From Mobula hypostoma (taxonomy: Eukaryota): 64,000 bases of DNA. Where the stretch lies: assembly GCF_963921235.1 (NCBI RefSeq), contig NC_086097.1, forward strand, positions 64,420,001-64,484,000. Reading direction: 5' to 3'. The notes under the pieces were generated by a model. It made no database searches and was not told the origin of the DNA. It saw only the letters and a program-made list of their open reading frames with translations. Of the stretch, positions 38,170 to 50,749 are shown in pieces; the first letter of the stretch is position 1; each line of letters opens with the position of its first letter. The position numbers were made by a program, and so were the translations under genes.

Positions 38170-39121
38170 TCAATTTATTTAATGCAGGTTTTAAGAATGT
38201 AAATATTTAAGTTAATCCTACATCTGAACTCTTGGTTTGTAGTCTTTTAAGTCAAGACACCTGAAACATTCATCCAAGTATCTTTTAAGAAAAAATAGGT
38301 TTCTGCTTTCATTATGCCTTCGTACAGCGAATTCTGGTCTCTCTGGTCTTTGCACCTATAACCTAAAATCTACATCTCATAGTTATTGACCTTGCTGCTC
38401 TATGATATAAGGATTCCTATTTTCCTGCCTGTGTTTCTCATAAATTAAAATGTAAAAAATCTCCCCCACAGCTTTGTTCTAAAGGAAATTGTAGACTAGC
38501 CAATTTTTCCTGGTAACTAATTTTTTCCTGGCATGGCAACAATCTCATTAATCTCTCTGGCACTCTTTCTCTTGTGCTAACACATTCTTTCTATAATGTG
38601 TTGACGTGACTCATACCTAACATAAAACCATGGCCCAACCAGAGTTTTTCATGATTCTAGCACAAACACCATCCCTCTCTCTCCCACCCCGTTATGACTA
38701 AAACAGAAAATCAAGTGTCCCATTTGTTGCTTTCTTCATGTCCAGCCACCGTCACTTTCATCAACTGTTCTCCTGAGGTCCCTCTGTTTCTGTACACTTG
38801 GTCAATCACTGTTGATTTAGTATTATCTGTAAGCTTCTTTATCACTGCCCTTATTTTCAAGTCTCAAGTCATTGATGAAACACCACTAAAAGCAAGGAAT
38901 CTAGAACTCTCCCTTGCAGTGCCCAGTGCATGTTTCTGCTAGTCTCTGAATTTCATCTGGTTTTCACTTGCAAAAGTTATTTTTCAAAGTACTGTTTTTA
39001 CTTTTTTGGTCATTTTGATTCTTTTGTTTTGGGGGGGTGAGAAAATACACATGAAATAACATGCCAATTTTTCTACAGCCAAATTTCTATAATATTTTTG
39101 TTTCCTTTTAATTTGCCAATG

Positions 39122-41557
39122 TACCCAGCACCCGAGTGCCCTCATTACCATCTCGGGTGACTTCAACCAGGTTACCATGGCTAGAACACTGCCCAACTTC
39201 ACGCAGTATGTGAGCTGTACAACCAGAGGGGAGAGGACTCTGGATTTAATGTACGCTAACGTTAAGGATGCATACAGCTCTTCTCCCCTCCCCCCACTGG
39301 GAAGGTCAGATCACAACCTGGTGCATCTAAAATCCTGCTATGTGCCTCTGGTGAAGAGTAAACCTGCAACCTCGAGGACAGTGAGGAAATGGTCGGAGGA
39401 GGCTTATGAGGCGCTCCAGGGTTGTTTTGAGGTGACAGACTGGCAGGCACTCTGTGAGCCACATGGAGAGGATATTGATGGGCTCACAGAGTGCATCACT
39501 GATTACATCAACTTCTGTGTGGACTGCAATGTTCCGACAAGAACTGTCCTTTGTTATTCGAATAACAAGCCGTGGGTGACAAAGGACATTAAGGACATCC
39601 CGAACACTAAAGAGAGGGCGTTTAGGGATGGAAATAGGGAGGAGCTGAGGGCAATACAGAGTGACCTGAAAGCCAGGATCAGGGAGGCTAAAGACAGGTA
39701 CAGGAGGAAGCTTGAGTGGAAACTCCAGCAGAACAACATGAGAGAGGTCTGGAGGGGGATGAGGACCATCACTGGGTTCCGGCAAACTAGCAACAGAGGA
39801 GCGGAAGGCAGTGTGGACAGGGCCAATGAACTTAACCTGTTCTTTAACAGATTTGACAGTGTGGCCCCTGGACATCCCACAAATGAGCCATCTGTTGTCG
39901 GCCCCCAACCAACACATATTCCACTCTCCCCTCCTACCCCTCCTCACAGTTCCCCACCCTGTTCTCATGACTATACCCCTTCCCCACACGAAACCACCAC
40001 GGTGGGCTTCGCAGCTCTACGGGTGAGAAGACAACTGAAACGTCTTAACCCAAGCAAGGCTGCAGGACTGGATGGTGTCAGTACCAGGGTGCTCAAAGCC
40101 TGTGCCCCTCAGCTATGTGGAGTACTTCGCCATGTATTCAACCTGAGCCTGAGGCTCCGGAGGGTTCCTGTATTGTGGAAGACGTCCTGCCTTGTCCCTG
40201 TGCCGAAGACGCCGCGCCCCAGCGGCCTCAATGACTACAGACCGGTGGCATTGACCTCCCACATCATGAAGACCCTGGAGAGACTTGTTCTGGAGCTGCT
40301 CCGACCTATGGTCAGGCCACCCTTAGATCCCCTCCAGTTCGTCTACCAGCCCCGACTAGGAGTTGAGGATGCCATCGTCTTCCTGCTGAACCGTGTCTAT
40401 GCCCACCTGGACAAGCCAGCGAGCACTGTGAGGGTCATGTTTTTTGACTTCTCCGGTGCGTTCAACACCATCCGCCCTGCTCTGCTGGGGAGAAGCTGAC
40501 AGCGACGCAGGTGGATGCTTTCCTGGTGTCATAGATTCTTGATTACCTGACTGGCAGACCACAGTATGTGTGCTTGCAACACTGTGTGTCCGACAGAGTG
40601 ATCAGCAGCACTGGGGCTCCACAGGGGACTGTCTTGTCTCCCTTTCTCTTCACCATTTACACCTCAGACTTCAACTACTGCACAGAATCTTCAGAAGTTT
40701 TCGGATGACTCTGCCATAGTTGGATGTATCAGCAAGGGAGATGAGGCTGAGTACAGGGCTACGGTAGGAAACTTTTCACGTGGTGTGAGCAGAATTATCT
40801 GCAGCTTAATGTGAAAAAGACTAAGGAGCTGGTGGTAGACCCGAGGAGAGCGAAGGTACCGGTGACCCCTGTTTCCATCCAGGGGGTCAGTGTGGACATG
40901 GTGGAGGATTACAAATACCTGTGGATAAGAATTGACAATAAACTGGACTGGTCAAAGAACACTGAGGCTGTCTACAAGAAGGGTCAGAGCCGTCTCTATT
41001 TCCTGAGGAGACTGAGGTCCTTTAACATCTGCCGGACGATGCTGAGGATGTTCTACGAGTCTGTGGTGGCCAGTGCTATCATGTTTGCTGTTGTGTGCTG
41101 GGGCAGCAGGCTGACGGTAGTAGACACCAACAGAATCAACAAACTAATTCGTAAGACCAGTGATGTTGTGGGGATGGAACTGGACTCTCACGGTGGTGTC
41201 TGAAAAGAGGATTCTGCCTTAAGTTGCATGCCATCTTGGTCAGTGTCTCCCATCCACTACATAAGGTACTGGGTGGGCACAGGAGTACATTCAGCCAGAG
41301 ACTCATTTCACCGAGGTGCAGCACTGAGCGTCATAGGAAGTCATTCCTGCCTGTGGCCATCAAACTTTACAACTCCTCCCTTGGAAGGTCAGACACCCTG
41401 AGCCAGTAGGCTGGTCCTGGACTTATTTCATAATTTACTGGCATAACTTACATATTACTATTTAACTGTTTATGGTTCTATTACTATTTATTATTTATGG
41501 AGCAACTGTAACGAAAACCAATTTCCCCCGGGATTAATAAAGTATGACTATGACTAT
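39122..41557 (+). mobile_element. Rex1/Babar-type LINE, 5' truncated, relatively young
   Basis: GDFN...GRSDHNLV (APE end), LNDYRPVALTSHIMKTLERL, FFDFSGAFNTI, GAPQGTVLSPFLF, KTKELVVD; 440-aa ORF then frameshift; (TATGAC)n tail. Confidence 0.9.
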
Positions 41558-42120
41558 GTATCACAATGGAGATTCTGCTGATGCAGGTGGGAAAAGAGGG
41601 GGAGAGAGAGTAATTGTTGAAGTGCACAGGGTAGCATCACACTTTTGCCACGGGCTAGATATAGAGGGAGTTGGAGGATTTGTGTGGAAAAGAAAGAATA
41701 AATTCCAACTTTTTTATGGACTGGTGGGAAAAGTTCTAGTTTTGAGGGCTGTGACTGGCATAATGGGAAATTAATCAGAGGGAGGAACAGTGGATCTCAT
41801 GAGGCACATGATGCTTTCCTAGCTGCAGTGTCAACTTCTATATCAGGACTAATCGAATCAGAGGAGTCAACAGGATAAGCAATTACTTGTCTATCCAAGC
41901 TGCAGCAACAATCTTTTACAATTATGAGCAAGGAAGAAAACCAAGTGCTTGATGTTAGAGGAACCAAAAGAAGAAAGAGAAAGAAGATGTGTGAGATTTG
42001 GATTACCACCAGGCTAATGAAGAAAAGAAAATGTTCAAACATGATTGCACTTAGAATTTTTCTTCAAGTGGTTAATTCTTTTGATTAATTATCCTATACA
42101 TTATAACTTGTGTCTTTTAG

Positions 42121-42210
42121 AGTTATGGAATGATGAACTACAATCCAGAAAAAACAAGAGGAAAGATCCATTTAGTCCAGACAAAAAGAAAAAACCCGTA
42201 GTTGTCTCTG
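42121..42210 (+). CDS. BRMS1L: BRMS1L coding exon 6, 90 nt (ends at U12 AT donor)
   Basis: ttttag acceptor. [30 protein letters not shown] includes basic NLS-like stretches and is followed by ATATCCTTT. Confidence 0.93.
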
Positions 42211-42568
42211 ATATCCTTTTAATTTTTTTGTTCATCTTCACAACAAATCACGTACAACAGAAAAGGTAATGGGGAGATAGGTATAGTAGAGAAATATTTT
42301 ATTAACTGCCATCACCTTATAGGAACTAGTAACTTTGCAGAGCTTTTGAATTGAATGCATGTCATTTAGTATATTTATTTTGTAGTTATGATCTATGGTA
42401 TTGGAAATACCAATAAAATCATCTTTGTCTTTTTTAAAAATAATCATTTTATGTAATATTACCTTGAAAGATTTCTTATTCCAACTATTTGGTGACTGTT
42501 TGGTTTTGAATATGTTGGAGAAAATTGTATTAATTTTCAGATTTTGGAAATTTCCTTAACTATCAAAC
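42211..42568 (+). other. BRMS1L: U12-type (minor spliceosome) AT-AC intron, 358 nt
   Basis: 5' site ATATCCTTT, branch site TTCCTTAAC at 42552-42560, terminal AC at 42567-42568. Removal restores in-frame VVVS-G-PYVVYML. Confidence 0.93.
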
Positions 42569-42633
42569 GTCCTTATGTAGTTTACATGTTACAAGACCTT
42601 GATATTCTTGAAGACTGGACAACAATTAGGAAA
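42569..42633 (+). CDS. BRMS1L: BRMS1L coding exon 7, 65 nt
   Basis: Follows the AC acceptor. [22 protein letters not shown], then gtatgt donor. Confidence 0.95.
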
Positions 42634-43391
42634 GTATGTTTCAGTATATGATGTGCCCTTGATAGTTTTTTCACTTTGAAAAGTATTAACCTCTACTTCT
42701 GAATGACAGGCCATTTAAGCAGGATTTCTTTTTAAACCAGTTATTCTGCAGAAGCTCCGTATGTTGCTATTTTAAACTCAAGACCTGGTGATGTAACTAG
42801 AACAGATTGTATAGTGAAAGCGTTCTGGAAAAATATTATCTTGTGTGATTCTCTATACAGTTGTTTTATATCTAATTAAATAAGCCATTTATAGAATTAC
42901 ACAGTCACAATATAGCCCAGCTCCAGATATAGAACTGGTTCTTTTTTTACAGTCATCCTTAAGTTGAAAAATACACAAAAATCACTTAGTATGGTAACCA
43001 CATATTCACAGTATTGTAACGAATTTCATCAAAAATGCGTAAGACTGAAAAGAAAGAACAATTGCTCTGAAGTGGAGAAAGAGAGAAGAAACTAATTCTG
43101 ATGTTCATAGGAATGAAACATCTATATATGTGGGACTTCTAAAATTAGCAATATAATAGAAGCCCTTTCATGTATATGGGTGTCCAAAACTTGGGCATTC
43201 ATAACCCAGAGACAGCCTGTACCATTCAGAATATTTTGCATTAATCATTTAAATTCACTGTTCATTGCAAAATGATGCTCCAGGTGGGAATAAAATAGGA
43301 CAGTAATATTTTGAGGGATTGAATTGCTGTTGTTGGAGCCAGTGATGCTTGAGCAGTTTAGGGAAAATATCTTCCCAAGCTACTGTCTAGG

Positions 43392-43556
43392 AACAACACA
43401 CACAAAATGCTGGAGGCACTCAGCAGGCCAGTCTGCATCTATGGAAAAGAATGACAGTTCATTCTTTTCTGCAGATGCTGTCTGGCCTGCTGAGTTCCTC
43501 TAGCATTCTATGTGTGTTGCTCGAATTTCCAGCTTTGTAGATTTTCTTCTGTCTCT
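43392..43556. mobile_element. Older fold-back Penelope-pLTR mini-element
   Basis: CAACACACACAAAATGCTGGAGG...GAAAAGAATGA / TCATTCTTTTC...CCTCTAGCATTCTATGTGTGTTG inverted arms; flanking AGGAACAA repeat. Confidence 0.7.
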
Positions 43557-44756
43557 CCAGGAACAATATTTTTCTGTATGGTAGATGATTAACACATCTT
43601 TTGTGTGGAGCATTGGCTATCGTGAGGCAGCCATAACTGACCTATAGCTATTACCCCAGCAATGCGCATTATACACTAGAGCATTTTAGTAAGTGGAAAG
43701 TATTGTCTTTTATGTGGCTTCAATAAATTATGCCCTAGATACTAATGTTTTTTACTTCTGTCTTAACCATGAACCTTTCTTTGAAGTTTAACCTAATTTC
43801 TTAACTTTGTCATAGTTTGTAAAAATCCTTTAATGGAAGAATGCAGTAATATATTCTTTGCTAAATTGTCACAGGCAGAGGGGAGTTGCCAGTCTTTAGG
43901 TAGTTCGTTCTAATTTTTTTTTATTGCTAGCATTTATATTTTTAAATATTTTTTCTGTCAATTTGATGTTAAGGTTTCAAATTTTCTATGTGAAGCCTTC
44001 AAATTTAAGAAGTCAACATGTATGTACATTGTATGGGCAGTTTATTTGTCTTAGGCATGGCTTGAATCAAGCACTGTGAGGCAGAGATTTCAAGGGTTTC
44101 AAAGAAAGAAGGTGAGAGAGAGAGAGAAAGAAAAAGAGAATTAGAAATAATCAGAAAACTGGAAATTTTCTTTATAACTTCTAACTTCTGCTTGATTGAG
44201 TAAATTTATTAAAGAGAATTATAGATTTATAATAAAAACTGGAAATACCCAGCGGTTTCAGCAGAATTTGCAGATGAAACCTCTGTCTCTGAAGATAGCC
44301 GCTTTGTGTACTATACCTGTGATGGCAAGGCAAGGTCATTTTTGTACTTCACCTATGTCCTGATATTATACTGATGTTGCCCTTATGTGTGTCCCTGATT
44401 TGAATGGTTGGAAAAATGAGCTCATAGTCTGGGCATTCTTTTTTTCCATGTGCACATGAATGTAATTATGGAGAAAGCTAGAATTAGCACTATGAATGTT
44501 TAGGTCTACTGTCAATACTACAGCATTTTCAAATATATTCTAGCTATAAATTACTTTGTTCCATTTCATTGAAACAACCACAAGGGACACCAAGATAATG
44601 GATTACAAAGTGAGAACATTTTGAAGAATATCAGATATCTGGTAGCATTGCATACCATATTCAGGTGAATATGATGGTGTCTAAAGCTCACAGTGTCAAG
44701 CTATGTGCTGGTTGATTTGCTCAAGTTTAAGAAGTCAACATGTATGTACGTTGTAT

Positions 44757-45161
44757 ACTTGCTTACCTACTGCCTGTTACCCCGCCGGTGTTTAGGGTAG
44801 CAGTGAAGGTCCTCCATCTCTGATTGTGTTCAGGACTTCCTTCATCGTGTCAGTAGCTTCCTCTTGGTTTTCACTACTGTCAGTCACAAAGTCCCAGTTG
44901 GAGACTCAGGAATACCATCACACTTAGATGTAGAAGGATTCTTCATTGTTGTTCGCATAACAATTTTGTTTTACCAGTCAGAGTTGTTAGCCCTGAACTG
45001 AGCCCCTGAACCTGGAGATCCTGTACCCTGTGACCTGTTTGGCATGGGTGACCCTACCAAGACCCAAAGCATAAAGTACTGACTCCAGTCAACATAGCTT
45101 TCTGGGTCATTGAGGCATACAAGCTTCCAAACCACAACAAGGTTGTGGTCCTCTTGGAGAG
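44757..45161 (-). mobile_element. RTE-derived short retroposon
   Basis: 12-bp TSD TGTACGTTGTAT (44745-44756, 45162-45173). Minus strand ends GGCAGTAGGTAAGCAAGT (TAAG-type tail). Confidence 0.7.
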
Positions 45162-45554
45162 TGTACGTTGTATGGGCAGTTTATTTGTCTTTGGCATGGA
45201 CTGTGAGGCAGAGGTTTCCGGGTACTTGGAGGTACATGATAAAATAGGCAGAAGTCACCTTAGTTTCCTTAAGGGGAAATCTTGGAATTCTTTGTGGAAA
45301 TAGTAGGCAGGATAGACAAAAGGGAGTCAGTGGATGTTACTTACTTGGATTTTCGGAAGGCCTTTGAGAAGGTGCTACACATAAGTGTTCCTTACCTCCA
45401 CTTCTGAAAAGTACATGATTCCAAATTCTGTGAAGAAACTCTGTACTGTGATGGGTCGTTCTACAAGTACCTGCTCAAATTTGGAGGGGTGAAATATCCA
45501 AAAACATTCTAGTACAATAAACTATCATGAAAGATAATCAAACTATTAAATTAA

Positions 45555-48500
45555 GAACATATAGAACATAGAATAGTACAGCACAGTACAGGCCCTTCGG
45601 CCCACAATGTTGTGCCGACCCTCAAACCCTGCCTCCCATATAAGCCCCCACCTTAGATTCCTCCATATACCTGTCTAATAGTCTCTTAAACCTCACTAGT
45701 GTATCTACCTCCACCACTGACTCAGGCAGTGCATTCCACGCACCAACCACTCTCTGAGTAAAATTCCTTCCTCTAATATCCCCCTTGAACTTCCCACCCC
45801 TTACCTTAAAGCCATGTCCTCTTGTATTGAGCAGTGGTGCCCTGGGGAAGAGGCGCTGGCTATCCACTCTATCTATTCCTCTTATTATCTTGTACACCTC
45901 TATCATGTCTCCTCTCATCCTCCTTCTCTCCAAAGAGTAAAGCCCTAGCTCCCTTAATCTCTGATCATAATGCATACTTTCTAAACCAGGCAGCATCCTG
46001 GTAAATCTCTGTACCCTTTCCAATACTTCCACATCCTTCCTGTAGTGAAGTGACCAGAACTGGACACAGTACTCCGAGTGTGGCCTAACCAGAGTTTTAT
46101 AGAGCTGCATCATTACATCGCGACTCTTAAACTCTATCCCTCGACTTATGAAAGCTAACACCACATAAGCTTTCTTAACTACCCTATCCACCTGTGAGGC
46201 AACTTTCAGGGATCTGTGGACATGTACCCCGAGATCCCTCTGCTCCTCCACACTACCAAGTATCCTGCCATTTACTTTGTACTCTGCCTTGGAGTTTGTC
46301 CTTTTAAAGTGTACCACCTCACACTTGTCTGGGTTGAACTCCATCTGCCACTTCTCAGCCCACTTCTGCATCCTATCAATGTCTCTCTGCAATCTTTGAC
46401 AATCCTCTACACTATCTACAACACCACCAACCTTTTTGTCATCTGCAAACTTGCCAACCTACCCTTCTACCCCCACATCCAGGTCGTTAATAAAAATCAC
46501 GAAAAATAGAGGTCCCAGAACAGATCCTTGTGGGACACCACTAGTCACAATCCTCCAATCTGAATGTACTCCCTCCACCACCACCCTCTGCCTTCTGCAG
46601 GCAAGCCAATTCTGAATCCACCTGGCCAAACTTCCCTGGATCCCATGCCTGCTAACTTTCTGAATAAGCCTACCGTGTGGAACCTTGTCAAATGCCTTAC
46701 TAAAATCCATATAGATCACATCCACTGCACTACCCTCATCTATATTCCTGGTCACCTCCTCAAAGAACTCTATCAGGCTTGTTAGACACGATCTGCCCTT
46801 CACAAAGCCATGCTGACTGTCCCTGATCAGACCATGATTCTCTAAATGCCTATAGATCCTATCTCTAAGAACCTTTTCCAACAGCTTTCCCACCACAGAC
46901 ATAAGGCTCACTGGTCTGTAATTACCCGGACTATCCCTACTACCTTTTTTGAACAAGGGAACAACATTCGCCTCCCTCCAATCCTCCGGTACCATTCCCG
47001 TGGACAACGAGGACATAAAGATCCTAGCCAGAGGCTCAGCAATCTCTTCTCTCACCTTGTGGAGCAGCCTGGGCAAATATTCCGTCAGGCCCTGGGGACT
47101 TATCTGTCCTAATGTATTTTAACAACTCCAACACCTCCTCTCCCTTAATATCAACATGCTCCAGAACATCAACCTCACTCATATTGTCCTCACCATCATC
47201 AAGTTCCCTCTCATTGGTGAATACCGGAGAAGTATTCATTGAGAACCTCGCTCACTTCCACAGCCTCCAGGCACATCTTCCCACCTTTATCTCTAATCGG
47301 TCCTACCTTCACTCCTGTCATCCTTTTTTTCTTCACATAATTGAAGAATGCCTTGGGGTTTTCCTTTACCCTACTCACCAAGGCCTTCTCATGCCCCCTT
47401 CTTGCTCTTCTCAGCCCCTTCTTAAGCTCCTTTCTTGCTTCCCTATATTCCTCAATAGTCCCATCTGATCCTTGCTTCCTAAACCTCATGTATGCTGCCT
47501 TCTTCCAACTGACTAGATTTTCCACCTCACTTGTCACCCATGGTTCCTTCACCCTACCATTCTTTATCTTCCTCACCGGGACAAATTTATCCCTTACATC
47601 CCGCAAGAGATCTCTAAACATCGACCACATGTCCATAGTACATTTCCCTGCAAAAACATCATCCCAATTCGCACCTGCAAGTTCTAGCCTTATAGCCTCA
47701 TAATTTGCCTTTCCCCAATTAAAAATTTTCCTGTCCTCTTTAATTATAAAGGCCAGGGAGCGGTGGTCACAGTCCCCCAGATGCTCACCCACTGAGAGAT
47801 CTGTGACCTGACCCGGTTCATTACCTAGTATTAGTTCTAGTATGGCATTCCCCCTGGTCGGCCTGTCCACATACTGTGACAGGAATCCATCCTGGACACA
47901 CTTAACAAATTCTGCCCCATCTAAACCCTTGGGACTAATCAGGTGCCAATCAATATTAGGGAAGTTAAAGTCACCCATGATAACAACCCTGTTATTTTTG
48001 CACCTTTCCAAAATCTGCCTCCCAATCTGCTCCTCTGTATCTCTGCTGCTACCAGGGGGGCCTATAGAATACCCCTAGTAGAGTAACTGCTCCCTTCCTG
48101 TTCCTGACTTCCACCCATATTGACTCAAAAGAGGATCCTGCTACATTACCCACCCTTTCTGTAGCTGTATTAGTATCCCTGACCAGTAATGCCACCCCTC
48201 CTCCCCTTTTTCCGCCCTCTCTATCCCTTTTAAAGCACTGAAATCCAGGAATATTGAGAATCCATTCCTGCCCTGGTGCTAGCCAAGTCTCTTTAATGGC
48301 CACTACATCATATTTCCATGTATGTATCCAAGCTCTCAGTTCATCACCTTTGTTCCTGATGCTTCTTGCATTGAGGTACACACATTTCAGCCCTTCTCCC
48401 TTACTGTCTTTACACCGTTTATTCTGCTTCGCTTTCCTCAAAGCCTCTCTGTATGTTAGATCTGGCTTTACTCCATGCATTTCTTTCACTGCTCTATCGT

Positions 48501-49690
48501 TCTGGGTCCCATCCCTCTCGCAAATTAGCTTAAACCCTCCCGAACCATGCTAGCAAACCTACCTGCAAGGATATTGCTCCCCCTTGGGTTCAGGTGCAAC
48601 CCATCCAATCTGTACAGGTCCCACCTTCCCCAGAAGAGCTCCCAATGATCTAAAAATCTAAAACCCTGCTCCCTGCACCAACTCCTCAGCCACGCATTCA
48701 ACTGCCATCTCCTCCAATTCTTACCATCATTGTCACGTAGCACTGGCAGCAATCCTGAGAACGTCACCCTTGAGGTCCTGTTCTTCAGCCTTCTGCCTAA
48801 TTCCCGAAACTCACACTTCAGGACCTCATCCCTCTTCCTGCCTATGTCGTTGGTTCCAACATGTATCACGACTTCTGGTTGCTTTCCCTCTCGTACCAGG
48901 ATGTCGTGCTTCCGGTCAGTGACATCCCGGACCCTGGCACCTGGGAGGCAACAAGCCATATGGGTGTCCTTCTCATGTCCACAAAATCTCCTGTCTGCTC
49001 CCCTGACTATAGAGTCTCCAATAACGACAGCTCTCCTCTTCTCCATCCCACCCTTCTGCACCACAGGGTCAGACTCAGTGCTGGAGGCCCTGCCACTGTG
49101 GCTCACACCTGGTCAGTCGTCCCCGCCAACAGTATCCAGGATGGTAAACTTATTATTCAGGGGAATGGCTACAGGGGTGCTCTGCACTACCTATCTGCTC
49201 ACCTTCGCTTTCCCCCCTCTGACTGTCACCCAACGACCTGCTTCCGACAGCCTAGGTGTGACTACCTCCCTGTAGCTCTCATCTATGACTGCCTCATTCT
49301 CCCTTATGAGTCGAAGGTCATCCAGCTGCTGCTCCAGATTCCTTACACGGTCTTCCAGATCACCCAGCCGTATGCACTTCTGGCAGATGTGACTCTGCGG
49401 GAGAGGGAAGTTCCCCCAAGACTGCCACATCTCACATGAGAGGCACATCACCGTCTCAGGGGACATTGTAAAAACTAACTGTGAGCTAGCTTGTCCTCCG
49501 CCTCTTCTCGTTGAAGCCTCAAAGCTCCACTCCTTCACTGGCCCACTCACGCACTGGCCGCTTCGCTTGAGCTATCCCTCTATTTATCTGTTTGAGCTTT
49601 TCAAAATGTTTGGTCACCTGACCTCGACTGCCCAGTCAGCTGCTTTCTGCTGAGTCTGAGCTATTCAAATCTTGATTGTCTAATCAACGT
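45555..49690 (-). mobile_element. Near full-length young CR1 LINE (ORF1 zinc finger/leucine zipper + SGNH esterase; ORF2 APE + RT)
   Basis: CLSCEMW...[65 protein letters not shown]. Long ORF pieces are separated by single frameshifts. Confidence 0.95.
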
Positions 49691-50492
49691 CTTTTTTAAT
49701 TTTAAAAAAGTAATTAAAATGTTTAATATTTTACACAGCTTTTGACTAAACAAAAATTAATAATAACTTGCCTTAATCTATTGCAACTGTTCTCTATTGA
49801 TTTCTCGGGAGGAGTGTTCCTTGCACATGTTCCTCAGATAAGAGGAAAGAGACTGCAGATGCTGGGATCTGCAACATAAAAACAAACTGCTGGAGAAAGT
49901 GGAGGCTGCATCTGTGGAGGCAAAGCCATAGCTGACCTTTAGAGATTGACACCCTGTGCTTATGTAGTATCTGAACCTGAAATGCCATTGATTCCGTTTC
50001 CTCCACAGATACAGCCTAATCCTCTTGAGTTCCTTCAGCATTCTTTTGCTTTATCAATTTATCAATGTGAGTGCTGTCAAATCACTATCACTCTGTGTTC
50101 CACCACGGTACTTCATATGAAGTCCAGTACCAAAATGTAGTTGAGAAATTGAACAATTCGTGTCCGCATACAGAGTAATCTAAGTTTTCAATCATAAAGA
50201 CAGGGAACTCCCAAGTGAAACTGTTGACTGTGGCTCCTAATAAAAATAAGTTTTCTTTTTTGCTGTTAATCTGGAGGCATTTTTCACATTTCTTTTTTTT
50301 ATCTTTCCATTAACTATTATAATGCATTACAAAGTTAAAACTTTTTCATTATGGAATAATCAGTTTTTTAAATTAGTAATTTCTAATTACCATTCATGAA
50401 ATAAGTCATTCAGATTTCTCTTATTCAGACTTGATTTGCAGCTCTTGAAATTATAGGAATATAATTTAATGTATTGATTCTTACCTTCTCAG

Positions 50493-50532
50493 GCAATGGC
50501 AACACTTGGGCCACACAGAGTAAAGACAGATG
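50493..50532 (+). CDS. BRMS1L: BRMS1L coding exon 8, 40 nt
   Basis: ttctcag acceptor and gtgagt donor. AMATLGPHRVKTD. Confidence 0.92.
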
Positions 50533-50622
50533 GTGAGTAAAAGTGTGAAATCTTAATTAAGCTTTGGTATGTTACATAGTGGTCATGCAAATGTATTTAC
50601 TTGCTTTTTATTTCAACCTCAG

Positions 50623-50749
50623 CATCCGCCAAGACAGAGAAACAGCTTCACAGTGCCAGATCAGAAGATGGCAGGTTACTTTACGATGGGGAGTGGTACA
50701 GCCGTGGGCAGACTATATGTATTGACAAGAAAGATGAATATCCTATAAG
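50623..50749 (+). CDS. BRMS1L: BRMS1L coding exon 9, 127 nt (GC donor)
   Basis: cctcag acceptor. [42 protein letters not shown](S), ending AAG|GCAATT. Confidence 0.9.

Noticed and set aside
39177..40499. 440-aa ORF as a host gene or active element
   Set aside because: It is LINE APE-RT sequence, 5' truncated and frameshifted within the RT domain.
42045..42269. Ending exon 6 at the GT at 42266 as the main gene model
   Set aside because: It breaks the frame and the conserved VVVSGPY motif; the AT-AC model fits exactly. Kept only as a possible minor isoform.
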